In this document: positions 51,952 through 63,762 of the stretch, piece by piece | How the letters are laid out: each line of letters opens with the position of its first letter | How positions within the stretch are numbered: the first letter of the stretch is position 1 | Assembly (NCBI GenBank): GCA_963695875.1 | Contig: CAVOID010000008.1 | Coordinates: 32,001 to 96,000 of the forward strand | From: an uncultured delta proteobacterium | GTDB taxonomy: Bacteria > Desulfobacterota > Syntrophia > Syntrophales > UBA2185 | Direction: 5' to 3' | Length of the DNA stretch: 64,000 nucleotides | Notes under the pieces: generated by a model | The model's database searches: none | What the model was told of the DNA's origin: nothing | Seen by the model: only the letters and a program-made list of their open reading frames with translations | Translations under genes and position numbers: made by a program

Positions 51952-53151
51952 ATGATTCAGAATACAGAAACATGCGCTGTTCCTGGCTTTAGGGCAAACG
52001 GTATTCATACCGGCGTCAAGGAAACCGGCATGAAGGACCTTGCTCTTATTTTTTCTGTTGTGCCGGCGAAGGCATCGGGGGTATTTACGAAGAATCGCTT
52101 TAAAGCAGCCCCCGTGCTTCTTGATGAAGTAAGGATAAAATCCGGCGTAGCCCAAGCAGTTCTAATAAATAGCGGTAACGCGAACGCAGCAACAGGTCAG
52201 GATGGATATACGGATGCTCTCAGGATGTCCAAAAGCGCTTCCGATAAGTTGAATATTAGTGATGAACTAATTTTAGTAGCATCAACTGGTGTAATTGGTC
52301 ACAGGCTTCCTGTTCAGAAAATAGAATTGGGTATGAACAGGTTGGTCAAGGGTTTGCATTCGAATGGGATTACCGTGGCAGCAAATGCGATCATGACAAC
52401 AGACAAGTTTGCCAAGATAGCTTGCCGAAAGAGAGCAATTGGTTCAAAAGAAATTACCGTATGCGGTATTGCCAAGGGAGCGGGTATGATAGAACCCCAT
52501 ATGGCAACTATGCTTGCGTTTGCCATGACAGATGCGGCCATTGATACCCATGCCCTTGATACAGTTTTTAAGCAAGTGGTTAGCGGGACTTTTAATGCAA
52601 TAACCGTGGATGGATGCATGAGTACGAATGATACGGCAATAATATTAGCCAACGGTATTGCCGGAAACAAGCAACTTAAGGAAGCATCCAGGGAGATATC
52701 TCTGTTCAAGGGAATGCTTTTCGATGTTATGTCTGATCTCTCACAGGCTATGGTGAGAGACGGCGAGGGGGCAACAAAGGTTATAGAAATTTTCGTCGAT
52801 GAAGCAAGATCATTAAGGGATGCAAAAAGAGTTGCCTATGCCATCGCTAACTCAAATCTGGTCAAAACTGCATTTTATGGTTGTGATCCAAACTGGGGCA
52901 GAATAATATCAGCTGCTGGTTCAGCCGGTATCAATTTTCAAGTTGATGATGTTAAACTGTACTTTGAAGAAATTCCGGTATTCGCTAGCGGGTGTGGGAT
53001 TTATGGTAATGAAGGGAAGCTTTCAGAAATCATGTCCAGAGCAAACATAAGGGTGTTATTGAAACTTGGTATGGGGAATAAAGCTTATAGACTATACGCT
53101 TCCGATCTTTCTTTTGAATATATTAGAATTAATGCACATTATCATACTTAA
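51952..53151 (+). CDS. argJ: Bifunctional glutamate N-acetyltransferase/amino-acid acetyltransferase
   Basis: NSGNANAATG, STGVIG, IMTTD, KGAGMI.P.MATML, STND, DGEGATK, DPNWGRI. Confidence 0.95.
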   Translation: MIQNTETCAVPGFRANGIHTGVKETGMKDLALIFSVVPAKASGVFTKNRFKAAPVLLDEVRIKSGVAQAVLINSGNANAATGQDGYTDALRMSKSASDKLNISDELILVASTGVIGHRLPVQKIELGMNRLVKGLHSNGITVAANAIMTTDKFAKIACRKRAIGSKEITVCGIAKGAGMIEPHMATMLAFAMTDAAIDTHALDTVFKQVVSGTFNAITVDGCMSTNDTAIILANGIAGNKQLKEASREISLFKGMLFDVMSDLSQAMVRDGEGATKVIEIFVDEARSLRDAKRVAYAIANSNLVKTAFYGCDPNWGRIISAAGSAGINFQVDDVKLYFEEIPVFASGCGIYGNEGKLSEIMSRANIRVLLKLGMGNKAYRLYASDLSFEYIRINAHYHT

Positions 53152-53205
53152 GTCTCCCCTTTTTTACTTGCTAATTTAAAATCTTTATGTTATCTGCCAG
53201 CGGAT

Positions 53206-53280
53206 TTCACACATCCTTTGATTGGCGGGGCGTTGCTTTTTAAACAAAAGTTCCCCGTGCAAGAAGATAAGGATGGAGGT
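53206..53280 (+). promoter_or_regulatory. Putative rpsB 5' leader (S2 autoregulatory RNA structure)
   Basis: CACACATCC ... GGATGGAGG pairing with inner CGGGG/CCCCG stem; TTGCTA-17 nt-TATCTG promoter just upstream. Confidence 0.6.
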
Positions 53281-53303
53281 AAAAAAACAAAAGGAGTTTT
53301 GAT

Positions 53304-54149
53304 ATGGCGAGTATATCTATGAAATTGCTGCTTGAGGCAGGCGTCCACTTTGGTCATCAAACCAACAAGTGGAATCCTAAGATGAAGCCCTATATATTTG
53401 GGGCTAGGAACGGAATTTACATCATAGACCTCCAGCAGACGGTGGGGATGTTCCAGACTGCGTTTGATTTTGTTGTTGATCTCGTGGCAAAAGGCGGAGA
53501 GGTTCTCTTTGTAGGGACTAAAAAGCAATCTCAGGAATCTATCAAAGAGGAGGCAGAGCGGTGCGGAATGCCTTATGTCAATCAGCGGTGGTTGGGCGGG
53601 ATGATAACCAATTTCAGTACCATTAATAAAAGGATTGAAAGATTAAATACCCTGGGAAAAATGTTTTCAGATGAAAGCATTAAGGCCTTTCCCAAAAAAG
53701 AAATTATGAAGCTTCAGAAAGAAATGAATAAACTTGAAAAGGTCTTAGGTGGTATAAAAGCAATTAAGCGTCCTCCCGGGGGGCTGTTCGTAGTTGATCC
53801 GAAGAGGGAGAGTATTGCTATAAAAGAAGCACAAAAGTTAAAGATCCCCATAGTAGCCATAGTGGATACCAATTGTGATCCGGATGACATCGATTATGTT
53901 ATCCCTGGGAATGATGATGCTATCAGAGCTATAAAACTGTTTTCTTCAAAGATCGCGGATGCGGTAATTGAGGGCAAAAAACGTTTTGAGGAGCATATAC
54001 AGGCTGATACAGATAAGGAAGCGCAGGCTGAAGTTGCAATCAGAAGTGACGATTTGGAAACAGATGTTCCTGAATCTGTTGAAACAAAAGGCGGAATAAC
54101 TGATTATGAAGAAGCTTTTGAAGGTGATATAAAACGCCATTTAAAATGA
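53304..54149 (+). CDS. rpsB: 30S ribosomal protein S2
   Basis: [34 protein letters not shown]. Confidence 0.98.
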   Translation: MASISMKLLLEAGVHFGHQTNKWNPKMKPYIFGARNGIYIIDLQQTVGMFQTAFDFVVDLVAKGGEVLFVGTKKQSQESIKEEAERCGMPYVNQRWLGGMITNFSTINKRIERLNTLGKMFSDESIKAFPKKEIMKLQKEMNKLEKVLGGIKAIKRPPGGLFVVDPKRESIAIKEAQKLKIPIVAIVDTNCDPDDIDYVIPGNDDAIRAIKLFSSKIADAVIEGKKRFEEHIQADTDKEAQAEVAIRSDDLETDVPESVETKGGITDYEEAFEGDIKRHLK

Positions 54150-54176
54150 GAAATTTGACGGGGGAGGTAGTATAAG

Positions 54177-54782
54177 TTGAGCATTACATCAACGATGGTT
54201 AAAGAATTGAGGGATAAAACAGGTGCCGGTATAATGGATTGCAAGGAGGCCCTGAAGGTTTCTATTGGGGACTTTGAGAAGGCAATTGATTATTTGCGGA
54301 AAAAGGGAATGTCTGCAGCTACGAAGAGATCATCGAAGGCAGCTAAAGATGGTGGTATTGCCTCATATATCCATATGGGAGGCAGAATTGGGGTTCTGGT
54401 GGAGGTTAATTGCGAAACAGATTTTGTTGCCAAAACGGATGATTTTCAAGTCCTGGCAAAAGATCTTACAATGCATGTAGCAGCAGCGAACCCCCTATAT
54501 GTCAAACCTGAAGACATACCTTCTGATATCATAGAGAGGGAGAAGGAGATTTACAGGAGCCAGGCGCTGGCAGAAAAAAAGCCGGAAAAGATATGGGATA
54601 AGATCATAGAAGGTAAGCTGAAGAAGTATTATGAGGATGTGTGCCTTCTGAATCAGAAATTTATCAAGGATACGGATATTACAGTTGAAACATTACTCAA
54701 TAATATGATCGCAAAAACCGGTGAGAATATTGTTATTAGAAGATTTGTGCGGTTCCAATTGGGCGAAGAATTGAAGAAGTGA
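54177..54782 (+). CDS. tsf: Elongation factor Ts (short form)
   Basis: VKELRDKTGAGIMDCK, EVNCETDFVAK. Confidence 0.97.
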   Translation: MSITSTMVKELRDKTGAGIMDCKEALKVSIGDFEKAIDYLRKKGMSAATKRSSKAAKDGGIASYIHMGGRIGVLVEVNCETDFVAKTDDFQVLAKDLTMHVAAANPLYVKPEDIPSDIIEREKEIYRSQALAEKKPEKIWDKIIEGKLKKYYEDVCLLNQKFIKDTDITVETLLNNMIAKTGENIVIRRFVRFQLGEELKK

Positions 54783-55502
<720 letters not shown>

Positions 55503-55503
55503 G

Positions 55504-56061
55504 ATGAAGGATTTAATCTTTGAAGAATTAAAAGTTAACATGGAAAAAGCAATACGCGCTTTTGAGAAATCCTTAAATAAAGTGAGGACAGGTAGGGCAT
55601 CGCTGTCTCTTTTGGATGGTATAAAAGTGGAATACTATGGTGTTCCGACACCGTTAAATCAAGTTGCTACACTTTCCGTACCGGAGAGCCGTCTTATACT
55701 CATATCTCCATGGGATAACAGCATTATAGGTAATATTGAAAAAGCTATACAGAAATCTGACCTCGGTCTGACACCAACAAGCGACGGGAAATTGATACGC
55801 CTTTCGATTCCACCACTGACTGAAGAACGAAGAAAAGAACTAGTGAAGGTTGTAAGAAGACTCTCAGAAGAATGCAAAATTAACCTGAGAAATGTGAGAA
55901 GGGACGCAAACGATCAATTAAAGACCCTGAAAAAAGATAATGACATTTCTGAAGATGAGTTTTATGCGTACCAGGAGGAAGTTCAGGAAGTAACTGATAA
56001 ATACATTGAAACGGCTGACAGTATCGTTATTTCCAAAGAAAAAGAAATCATGGAAATATAA
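55504..56061 (+). CDS. frr: Ribosome recycling factor
   Basis: RTGRAS, YYG.PTPLNQVA, PPLTEERRKELVK, RNVRRD. Confidence 0.97.
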   Translation: MKDLIFEELKVNMEKAIRAFEKSLNKVRTGRASLSLLDGIKVEYYGVPTPLNQVATLSVPESRLILISPWDNSIIGNIEKAIQKSDLGLTPTSDGKLIRLSIPPLTEERRKELVKVVRRLSEECKINLRNVRRDANDQLKTLKKDNDISEDEFYAYQEEVQEVTDKYIETADSIVISKEKEIMEI

Positions 56062-56088
56062 GTTCTATTCTATAAGGAAAATAAATGA

Positions 56089-56119
56089 AGAGGGAGCCTT
56101 TTGGCTCCTTATTTGTTTT
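56089..56119 (+). terminator. Rho-independent terminator after frr
   Basis: GGAGCC-TTTT-GGCTCC stem followed by TTATTTGTTTT. Confidence 0.7.
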
Positions 56120-56278
56120 GAGAATATACTTTCCTTGTTATCGACTTTAGTCCTCTTCAAGTATTCTTCATGGGTCCTTATGTGTTTGTTCAGATGCCTT
56201 GATATTTATCTGCCTGTATGTTAATTTAATGACATGATTATTATCGATAGATGTTGAGAAAAAGTAGGTTTTTTATTC

Positions 56279-57032
56279 ATGCAAAAAATTGGTTATCAAA
56301 AGCTTCCCCAGCACATCGCCATTATAATGGATGGAAATGGCAGATGGGCTGAAAAACATGCCTTCGGAAGAATAACCGGTCATAAGAGAGGTACAAAATC
56401 TGTGAAACTGACAGTCAGGGCCTGTCGAGAAATTGGTATAAAATACCTTACGTTGTATGCATTCTCTGTCGAAAATTGGCTGCGTCCGAAAGAAGAAGTG
56501 GATGCATTGATGGATTTGCTGAGGAAATACCTTCGATCAGAACTTCAAGATATGCTTGATAATGATATACGGTTGACTGCCATTGGCAATATCGAGGCAT
56601 TAGAAGAACCCGTAAGAGAAATACTTAAAGAAACGATGAACAAGACAGCTCATAACAAGGGGATGGTTCTCAATCTTGCCTTGAGCTATGGCGGAAGAGA
56701 TGAGATTATTGAGGCCGTGAAAGGCATATTAAAAGATAGTCAGTACGGTAAAATTACCAGCAAGGATTTAACGAAAGAGTTATTTTCAAGATATCTTTAT
56801 ACCGTAGATATTACCAGATCCGGACTTATTGATAAGAACTAGTGGTGAATACCGGTTGAGTAATTTTCTGTTATGGCAGACCGCTTATACAGAATTATAT
56901 TTCACAGATGTCCTGTGGCCTGATTTTCGACGAAAGCACCTTATAGATGCTATTGCCGACTTTCAAAGGAGAGAGAGGAGATTCGGATTAACGAGTGACC
57001 AGTTACAGAGGGATAGATCGGATATAGGATGA
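56279..57032 (+). CDS. uppS: Undecaprenyl diphosphate synthase (frameshift near 56810)
   Basis: [28 protein letters not shown]; then [25 protein letters not shown]. Confidence 0.95.
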
Positions 57033-57838
57033 GTCCCCATATAAAAAGATGGATATCCGGGGTTATCGCGGTACCTATCCTCTTTGCCATTATATTTTAT
57101 GGTTCTGAGGTTGTGTTTACTGCATTTATTACGCTTGTCATACTCGGAGCTGTTATTGAGTATAACAGGATGGTTTTTAACGGGGGATTCACCTGGGAAA
57201 AATGGGAAGGACTAATAGTTGCTCTATTAATTCCCCTTGCCACATTTTCGGGTGATTTCCATATTGTACTGGCCGTCATTGCATTTTCCGTGTTAAGCGT
57301 TTTCATTATTTTCCTTCTGAGGATAAAGAATCATTCTTTTGATATAGTTCCTGTAAGCAAGCTTGTTCTGGGTCTTATGTATATCCCCTTCATGTTGTCG
57401 CATTTTATCCTGTTGCGGATCTCTCAAGATGGAGCCATATGGATATTCTTAGTTTTAGTTATAGCGTTTTCAGGTGATATCACTGCATATTATGTAGGTA
57501 AAACTATAGGAAAGAAAAAACTTATTCCCCTTATAAGCCCTGGCAAAACCGTGGAAGGTACGATCGGATTGCTAGTAGGAAGCATTCTCGGATGCATGTT
57601 ATTCCGGGAGTTTTTTTATCAAACTATTTCCATTTTTCATGCCGTAACACTCGGACTTTTGGGAGGCATTCTCGGACAGTTAGGGGATCTTTGTGAATCT
57701 GCTATTAAGAGGGCTTCCGGGGTGAAGGATTCCGGTTCTGTCATTCTCGGGCACGGAGGATTACTGGATCGGCTGGATTGTCTTATTTTTATTGCACCGT
57801 TTGTGTATTATTATAGATTGTTTATGATAACCCTTTAA
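57029..57838 (+). CDS. cdsA: Phosphatidate cytidylyltransferase
   Basis: [38 protein letters not shown]. Confidence 0.95.
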   Translation: MSPHIKRWISGVIAVPILFAIIFYGSEVVFTAFITLVILGAVIEYNRMVFNGGFTWEKWEGLIVALLIPLATFSGDFHIVLAVIAFSVLSVFIIFLLRIKNHSFDIVPVSKLVLGLMYIPFMLSHFILLRISQDGAIWIFLVLVIAFSGDITAYYVGKTIGKKKLIPLISPGKTVEGTIGLLVGSILGCMLFREFFYQTISIFHAVTLGLLGGILGQLGDLCESAIKRASGVKDSGSVILGHGGLLDRLDCLIFIAPFVYYYRLFMITL

Positions 57839-57891
57839 GAGTGCAAAATATTTGACAACAGACTTTTTACAAATGCGTCGTATGTGATGGC

Positions 57892-59061
57892 ATGAAGAAT
57901 ATATCTATCCTTGGGTCAACAGGTTCAATTGGAGTTAATGCAGTTGATGTCATATGGAACAACCCCGACCGATTTAAAATCATAGCCCTTTCTGCATGTA
58001 CGAATATTGAATTGTTACGACAACAAATAGAAAGATTCAAGCCAAGGGTTGTTTCGGTTATTGATGAGAAACATGCCAGGAAATTGAAGAAGATTTTGAA
58101 TCCTTCAATTAGAACGGATATCCTCTTCGGGAAAGATGGGTATCGTGAGGTGGCGTCGGTGCAGGAAGCCGACATGGTGATCTCAGCAATGGTGGGTTCG
58201 GCAGGTCTCCTTCCCACAATGGACGCTATTGAAGCTGGAAAAGATATTGCTCTTGCTAACAAAGAAGTGATGGTTATGGCAGGAAAGATTGTTGTCGAGA
58301 AGGCATATGAAAAGGGCGTAAAGATTTTGCCGGTAGACAGCGAGCACAGCGCAATCTTTCAATGTATCTTAGGCCACAACCGGAAAGATATAAGGCGGAT
58401 TATTCTAACTGCATCAGGCGGCCCATTTTTCCATCTGTCAAAAGAGAAGCTTGCCGATGTAAAACCTGTCGAAGCATTGAAACATCCAAACTGGCAGATG
58501 GGGCGAAAAATTACCATCGATTCTGCTTCCATGATGAATAAGGGTCTTGAGGTGATTGAGGCAAGCTGGTTGTTTTCAATGCCCATAGACAGCATTGAAG
58601 TGCACATTCATCCACAGAGTATTGTCCATTCCATGGTGGAATATATCGATGGATCGGTTATAGCGCAGCTTGGTGCACCGGACATGAGGATTCCCATAGC
58701 CTATGCCCTGTCATTTCCCGAAAGACTACCTCGTCCGGAGCCGTTCCTTGATTTGTTAACAGTTGGCGTCTTTGAATTCTTCAAACCTGATATTGAGAAA
58801 TTTCCAAGCCTGAGGCTCGCCTATGAAGCCGGGAAGGCGGGAGGAACCATGCCGGCAGTTCTCAATGCTGCCAATGAAGTGGCAGTGGCGGCATTCTTGG
58901 AAGAAATCGTCAAGTTTACGGATATATCGAAAATTGTGGAAGGAGTAATTTCCTTTCATCAGCCAAAGGAGTTTTCTACACTTGGAGAAATTTTTGAGGC
59001 GGATCTATGGGCCAGGGACAATGCGAAAAAAATAATTGAAAGGATGAACATTTTATCGTGA
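57892..59061 (+). CDS. dxr: 1-deoxy-D-xylulose 5-phosphate reductoisomerase
   Basis: LGSTGSIG, LANKE, PVDSEHSA, HPNWQMG.KITIDSA, NAANE. Confidence 0.97.
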   Translation: MKNISILGSTGSIGVNAVDVIWNNPDRFKIIALSACTNIELLRQQIERFKPRVVSVIDEKHARKLKKILNPSIRTDILFGKDGYREVASVQEADMVISAMVGSAGLLPTMDAIEAGKDIALANKEVMVMAGKIVVEKAYEKGVKILPVDSEHSAIFQCILGHNRKDIRRIILTASGGPFFHLSKEKLADVKPVEALKHPNWQMGRKITIDSASMMNKGLEVIEASWLFSMPIDSIEVHIHPQSIVHSMVEYIDGSVIAQLGAPDMRIPIAYALSFPERLPRPEPFLDLLTVGVFEFFKPDIEKFPSLRLAYEAGKAGGTMPAVLNAANEVAVAAFLEEIVKFTDISKIVEGVISFHQPKEFSTLGEIFEADLWARDNAKKIIERMNILS

Positions 59062-60161
59062 TAGGTGTAAGCATAGTATCTCTTATAATTTTACTTGGCG
59101 TTCTTATTTTTGCACATGAGGTTGGTCATTTCCTGGTCGCTAAATATTCGGGTGTCGGCGTACTAAAATTTTCCCTCGGATTCGGGCCCAGGTTGATAGG
59201 GAAAAAGGTAGGGGAAACGGAATATCTCATTTCTATGATACCTCTTGGGGGCTATGTGAAGCTTCTTGGAGAATCTGCAGGCGAGGAACTCTCGGAGAGA
59301 GATGAGAAAAGATCTTTCCTGAAACAACCGGTTGCAAAGAGAATAGCCATCGTTGCCGCAGGTCCGATCTTTAATTTTCTGCTGGCCATCGTAATTTTCA
59401 CTGTTGTCTATATGGCGGGTGTTCCCGCTCTGACGACAACTATTGGCGGCGTACAGGAGGACACGCCGGCTTTTAGCGCCGGCATCAGGGAAGGGGACGT
59501 CATCACGGCCATCGATGGGAAAGATATTACACGATGGGAAGAAATCAAGGAAATAATCACCAAAAGTAACGGTAAGGAATTAAATATCGGAATTGAACGA
59601 AATGGGCAAATAAGAAATATCTCACTGAAACCGGCATTATTAAAGAATCAGAATATCTTTGGGGAAGAGATTGAATCATATATGATAGGAGTCAGTCCTT
59701 CATCGCAACATACTGTAATTCAGAGAATGAATCCATTGATGGCCTTCTGGACAAGCCTGAAACAAACTTGGTTTATAAGCAAATTAACCGTACTGAGTGT
59801 CGTTAAGATTTTGGAAGGTGTCGTTTCTCCGAGAACACTGGGTGGCCCGATTCTAATCGCCCAAATTGCCGGGGCTCAAGTCAAGGAGGGCATTATACCC
59901 TTTATGTTGTTTATGGCTTTGTTGAGTATAAATCTTGCGATTCTCAATCTTTTTCCGATCCCTATCCTTGATGGAGGACATCTTCTATTTTATCTCATAG
60001 AGGCAATAACCGGCAGGGAAATCAATATTAAATGGAGAGAGATGGCCCAGCAGATTGGCTTTGTCATCCTGATTATTCTCATGATATTTGTTTTTATTAT
60101 GGACATAGAAAGGCTTAATATCAATTTTCTTGACGATATAAGCAAGATTTTTAACAGGTAG
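59058..60161 (+). CDS. rseP: RIP metalloprotease RseP
   Basis: HEVGH, PLGGYVK, AGPIFN, PDZ, NLFPIPILDGGH. Confidence 0.95.
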   Translation: MIGVSIVSLIILLGVLIFAHEVGHFLVAKYSGVGVLKFSLGFGPRLIGKKVGETEYLISMIPLGGYVKLLGESAGEELSERDEKRSFLKQPVAKRIAIVAAGPIFNFLLAIVIFTVVYMAGVPALTTTIGGVQEDTPAFSAGIREGDVITAIDGKDITRWEEIKEIITKSNGKELNIGIERNGQIRNISLKPALLKNQNIFGEEIESYMIGVSPSSQHTVIQRMNPLMAFWTSLKQTWFISKLTVLSVVKILEGVVSPRTLGGPILIAQIAGAQVKEGIIPFMLFMALLSINLAILNLFPIPILDGGHLLFYLIEAITGREINIKWREMAQQIGFVILIILMIFVFIMDIERLNINFLDDISKIFNR

Positions 60162-60163
60162 TT

Positions 60164-60847
60164 ATGTTGATTTTGGCAATTGATACTTCTACCAGAACAG
60201 CAAGCGTTTCTCTTCTTAAAAATGATGAGATACTGTCAGAGGTTTTCATAAATCTTGGTATAAACCATTCGATTGTTTTGTTGCCTGCTTTATATGATTT
60301 ATGCAAGCTTTCACGTATAGAGCTAAGCAGCATAGAGCTTTTCGTATGCACCATCGGGCCAGGGTCTTTTACTGGGCTTCGAGTTGGTGCAAGTACCATA
60401 AAAGGACTAGCCCTGGCAACAGGCAAACCGGTTGTTGGTGTATCAACACTGGAAGCCTTAGCGTTTAATGTTATCGATTCGCAAATGTTGATCTGCCCTA
60501 TGTTGGATGCAAAAAAAAACCAGGTGTATACGGCACTCTACAGGACTGGACATGATAATGTATTGGAAAAAAGAGAAAATGAAAGGGTGACGGATATTGA
60601 AGAATTTTTACAGTCTATTGATGAAGAGACCATATTCGTGGGTGATGGGTCTATAAAAAACGCAGGGCTTATTGGCGACATATTGCCGGGGAGATCATAT
60701 TTTGCGTCCGCTTGCAATCAATATGTGAGAGCGGCGGCAGTAGGTCTTTTAGGCAAAAGAAAATATTCTGAAGGAGATATGCTGGATCTTATTACCTTTA
60801 CACCCATTTATCTCCGCTCTTCTGAAGCAGAGATGAAGCGCTCTTAG
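60164..60847 (+). CDS. tsaB: tRNA threonylcarbamoyladenosine biosynthesis protein TsaB
   Basis: LAIDTS, GPGSFTGLRVG, DAKKNQVY, P.YLR. Confidence 0.94.
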   Translation: MLILAIDTSTRTASVSLLKNDEILSEVFINLGINHSIVLLPALYDLCKLSRIELSSIELFVCTIGPGSFTGLRVGASTIKGLALATGKPVVGVSTLEALAFNVIDSQMLICPMLDAKKNQVYTALYRTGHDNVLEKRENERVTDIEEFLQSIDEETIFVGDGSIKNAGLIGDILPGRSYFASACNQYVRAAAVGLLGKRKYSEGDMLDLITFTPIYLRSSEAEMKRS

Positions 60848-60956
60848 AAGTAAATCTTTTTGCATATCGGCGAGAAGAGTCGTGGTTGTTGAAGGAATAT
60901 GAGGTGTTGACATGTGTTTCCATTTATTATAAAAATAACGCGCGGAGGTGACATGC

Positions 60957-61199
60957 ATGGAAGAGGCCGATGAGTTTTTGACCAAAAAATATATTCATCA
61001 GGATGAGGAGCTAAGAAGATATATTGAAGATCATGAAAAACTTGAGTCGGATCTTGAAAATTTTAACAAGCGAATCTATCTGACAGCAGAAGAAGAAATT
61101 GAAAAGAAGACTTTGCAAAAAAAGAAGCTCCGCGTAAAAGAACAGATCTATAGAATCCTTGCGAAGTACCGAAACCAGACACATAAGAGCTCAGTATAA
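60957..61199 (+). CDS. DUF465/YdcH-like small protein
   Basis: EH..LE.......YLT.EEE.E...LQKKKL..K pattern; GGAGG RBS and TTGACA at 60907. Confidence 0.75.
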   Translation: MEEADEFLTKKYIHQDEELRRYIEDHEKLESDLENFNKRIYLTAEEEIEKKTLQKKKLRVKEQIYRILAKYRNQTHKSSV

Positions 61200-61233
61200 A
61201 GGCCTTTAATGAGATTTTAATATTATTATATAA

Positions 61234-61875
61234 ATGAATCATGAAAGTTTCATAGTCCGCGAAGGTCTTCCATTTATTATACCGGTCGGTGTTTTCACTA
61301 TCGTTTTTGCCTTTTTCGGTTTTGCCTGGCTAACATTCCTATTTTTTGTCGCTACTGTTTTTGTGACCTGGTTTTTCAGAAATCCGCAGAGAAAGACACC
61401 TGATGATACTAAAGCCGTTGTATCTCCGGCAGATGGGGAAATTATAAAGATTGAAGATATTATGAAAAATGACTTACTCAAAGGTCCATCAAAGAAAGTA
61501 AGTATATTCATGAATATATTTAATGTACATGTCAACCGTGTGCCTTATTCCGGAGTAGTGAAGTGTATATATTACAATAAGGGGGATTTTTTTTCAGCCG
61601 ATCTGGATAAAGCATCGTTGTTTAATGAAAGAAATTCAATTATTATTAGAACGGATGATGGGAAAGAAATTTTAACGGTACAGATAGCAGGATTAATTGC
61701 AAGAAGGATTGAGTGCTGGGTGAAAGAAGGAATGAATGTCTGTAAAGGCGAGCGATTCGGTCTTATACGATTCGGTTCGCGTCTTGAAGTCTTTCTGCCT
61801 TCGGATTCGATAATGTCCGTAAAAGTAGGTGACAAAGTCAAGGCTGGGGAGACTCCGATAGGATGGCTAAAATGA
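61234..61875 (+). CDS. psd: Phosphatidylserine decarboxylase proenzyme
   Basis: FFRNP, SPADG, SIFMNIFNVHVNR, QIAG..ARRI, FGSR. Confidence 0.95.
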   Translation: MNHESFIVREGLPFIIPVGVFTIVFAFFGFAWLTFLFFVATVFVTWFFRNPQRKTPDDTKAVVSPADGEIIKIEDIMKNDLLKGPSKKVSIFMNIFNVHVNRVPYSGVVKCIYYNKGDFFSADLDKASLFNERNSIIIRTDDGKEILTVQIAGLIARRIECWVKEGMNVCKGERFGLIRFGSRLEVFLPSDSIMSVKVGDKVKAGETPIGWLK

Positions 61876-62663
61876 AAAAGAATGCCACATTCAAAAGAGA
61901 GCGTGTTAAAAAGGGAATATACATATTGCCCAACCTTTTTACGACGGGAAGTCTTTTTTGTGGGTTCTATTCTGTAATCGCCTCCATGAAGGGGGACTAT
62001 TGGCTTGCTGCAGTACCCGTTTTGATCGCTTTCGTCCTGGATGGACTGGACGGCAGGATTGCAAGGATGACGAACACGACCAGTAAATTTGGTTCGGAGT
62101 ATGACTCCCTGTCAGATCTGGTGGCATTTGGTGTTGCGCCAGCCATTCTCGCCTATACGTGGGCATTGTCAATATTAGGAAAATGGGGGTGGCTTGCGGC
62201 ATTTCTTTTTGTAGTCTGTGGGGCACTACGGCTGGCAAGATTCAATATTCAGATAGGGTTGATTGAAAGCAAGGTTTTTAATGGACTCCCAATACCGGGA
62301 GCAGCTGCCGTCGTTGCAACCGGGGTATTGCTTTTCTACTATTTAGGAGGAGAGGGGAAATTTAATGATCTTTCAATATTAATCGGTGTGATCGTGCTAT
62401 CGCTACTGATGGTAAGTAATATCAAATATTACAGCTTCAAAGACCTTAACTTTTTTTCAAGAAAGCCCTTCATGTCTTTTGTTCTGATCGTATTTATCAT
62501 GATTATAGTAATTGCAGAACCTCAGATTATGATGTTTACGTTTTCTTTCGGCTATAGTCTGTCAGGACCAGCATGGGCAATAATTAAAGTAGGGAAAAAG
62601 GCATACACAGAAATAAAGTCTAAAAGATCACATTTGCTTATTAATCGTATGCCCAAAAAGTAA
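61872..62663 (+). CDS. pssA: CDP-diacylglycerol-serine O-phosphatidyltransferase
   Basis: LPNLFT, DGLDGRIAR, DSLSDLVAFGVAP, ALRLARFN, GLPIP. Confidence 0.95.
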   Translation: MKKNATFKRERVKKGIYILPNLFTTGSLFCGFYSVIASMKGDYWLAAVPVLIAFVLDGLDGRIARMTNTTSKFGSEYDSLSDLVAFGVAPAILAYTWALSILGKWGWLAAFLFVVCGALRLARFNIQIGLIESKVFNGLPIPGAAAVVATGVLLFYYLGGEGKFNDLSILIGVIVLSLLMVSNIKYYSFKDLNFFSRKPFMSFVLIVFIMIIVIAEPQIMMFTFSFGYSLSGPAWAIIKVGKKAYTEIKSKRSHLLINRMPKK

Positions 62664-62745
62664 TCAAGGCATGTATGGGGATTAATGGATATTTCATTTT
62701 TTATAGATATTGTACGCAATTAAATTTATCGGGAAGGATAGTGTT

Positions 62746-63762
62746 GTGAAGGCGTATCATGTTGCGGTTGTTGGTGCTACAGGTGCTGTCGGGAATGAGA
62801 TGGTTAAGATTTTGGAAGAGAGAAAATTTCCCGTTGGTAGTATAACGCTGCTTGCTTCAGAGCGTTCAATCGGCAAGGAACTGGAATTTAATGGGAAGGC
62901 GATTCCCATTCAACTGTTAACTGAAAATTCATTTTCAGGAGTCGATATAGGGCTTTTTTCGGCTGGTGGAAGTATCAGTCAGAGGTTTGCCCCAATAGCT
63001 GCGTCATCTGGATGTATTGTAATTGATAACACAAGTGCATTCAGGATGGAACCAGATATTCCCCTAGTGGTACCCGAGGTAAATCGCGAAACGATCAGCA
63101 TGTATAGGAATAGAGGGATTATTGCAAATCCAAACTGTTCGACCATTCAAATGGTTGTAGTCCTCAAACCGATACATGATGCGGTTAAGATTAAGCGAGT
63201 GGTCGTATCCACATATCAGGCTGTGTCGGGAACAGGCAAGAAAGCTATTGAAGAACTGATTGAACAGACAAGGGCTCTTTTAAGCAGCCGTGACCCAAAG
63301 GTGAGTGTATATCCACACAGAATAGCGTTCAACTGCCTTCCCCATATTGATGTCTTTTTGGAAAACGCCTACACAAAAGAAGAAATGAAAATGGTAAATG
63401 AAACAAAGAAAATTCTTAATGATTCATCTATCGCAGTAACAGCTACTACAGTAAGAGTACCCGTTTTCTATGGTCATTCAGAGTCCGTCAATATCGAGAC
63501 GGAAAGAAAGCTTACCGCGGAACATGCGAGAGGAATCCTTTCTCATGCTCCAGGGGTAAAAGTGGTGGATGATCCGAAGAGAAATATATATCCTCTTCCC
63601 ATTGATGCGGCGGGAATGGATGACACATTTGTCGGCAGGATCAGGGAAGATGAGTCCATAAAAAATGGTATCAATATGTGGATTGTGTCGGACAATGTGA
63701 GGAAGGGTGCAGCATTGAATGCTGTGCAGATCGCGGAGATTCTTGTCAGGGACTACCTATGA
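62746..63762 (+). CDS. asd: Aspartate-semialdehyde dehydrogenase
   Basis: VGATGAVG, DNTSAFRM, ANPNCSTIQ, YQAVSG.G, VRVPVF.GHSE, DNVRKGAALN. Confidence 0.97.
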   Translation: MKAYHVAVVGATGAVGNEMVKILEERKFPVGSITLLASERSIGKELEFNGKAIPIQLLTENSFSGVDIGLFSAGGSISQRFAPIAASSGCIVIDNTSAFRMEPDIPLVVPEVNRETISMYRNRGIIANPNCSTIQMVVVLKPIHDAVKIKRVVVSTYQAVSGTGKKAIEELIEQTRALLSSRDPKVSVYPHRIAFNCLPHIDVFLENAYTKEEMKMVNETKKILNDSSIAVTATTVRVPVFYGHSESVNIETERKLTAEHARGILSHAPGVKVVDDPKRNIYPLPIDAAGMDDTFVGRIREDESIKNGINMWIVSDNVRKGAALNAVQIAEILVRDYL

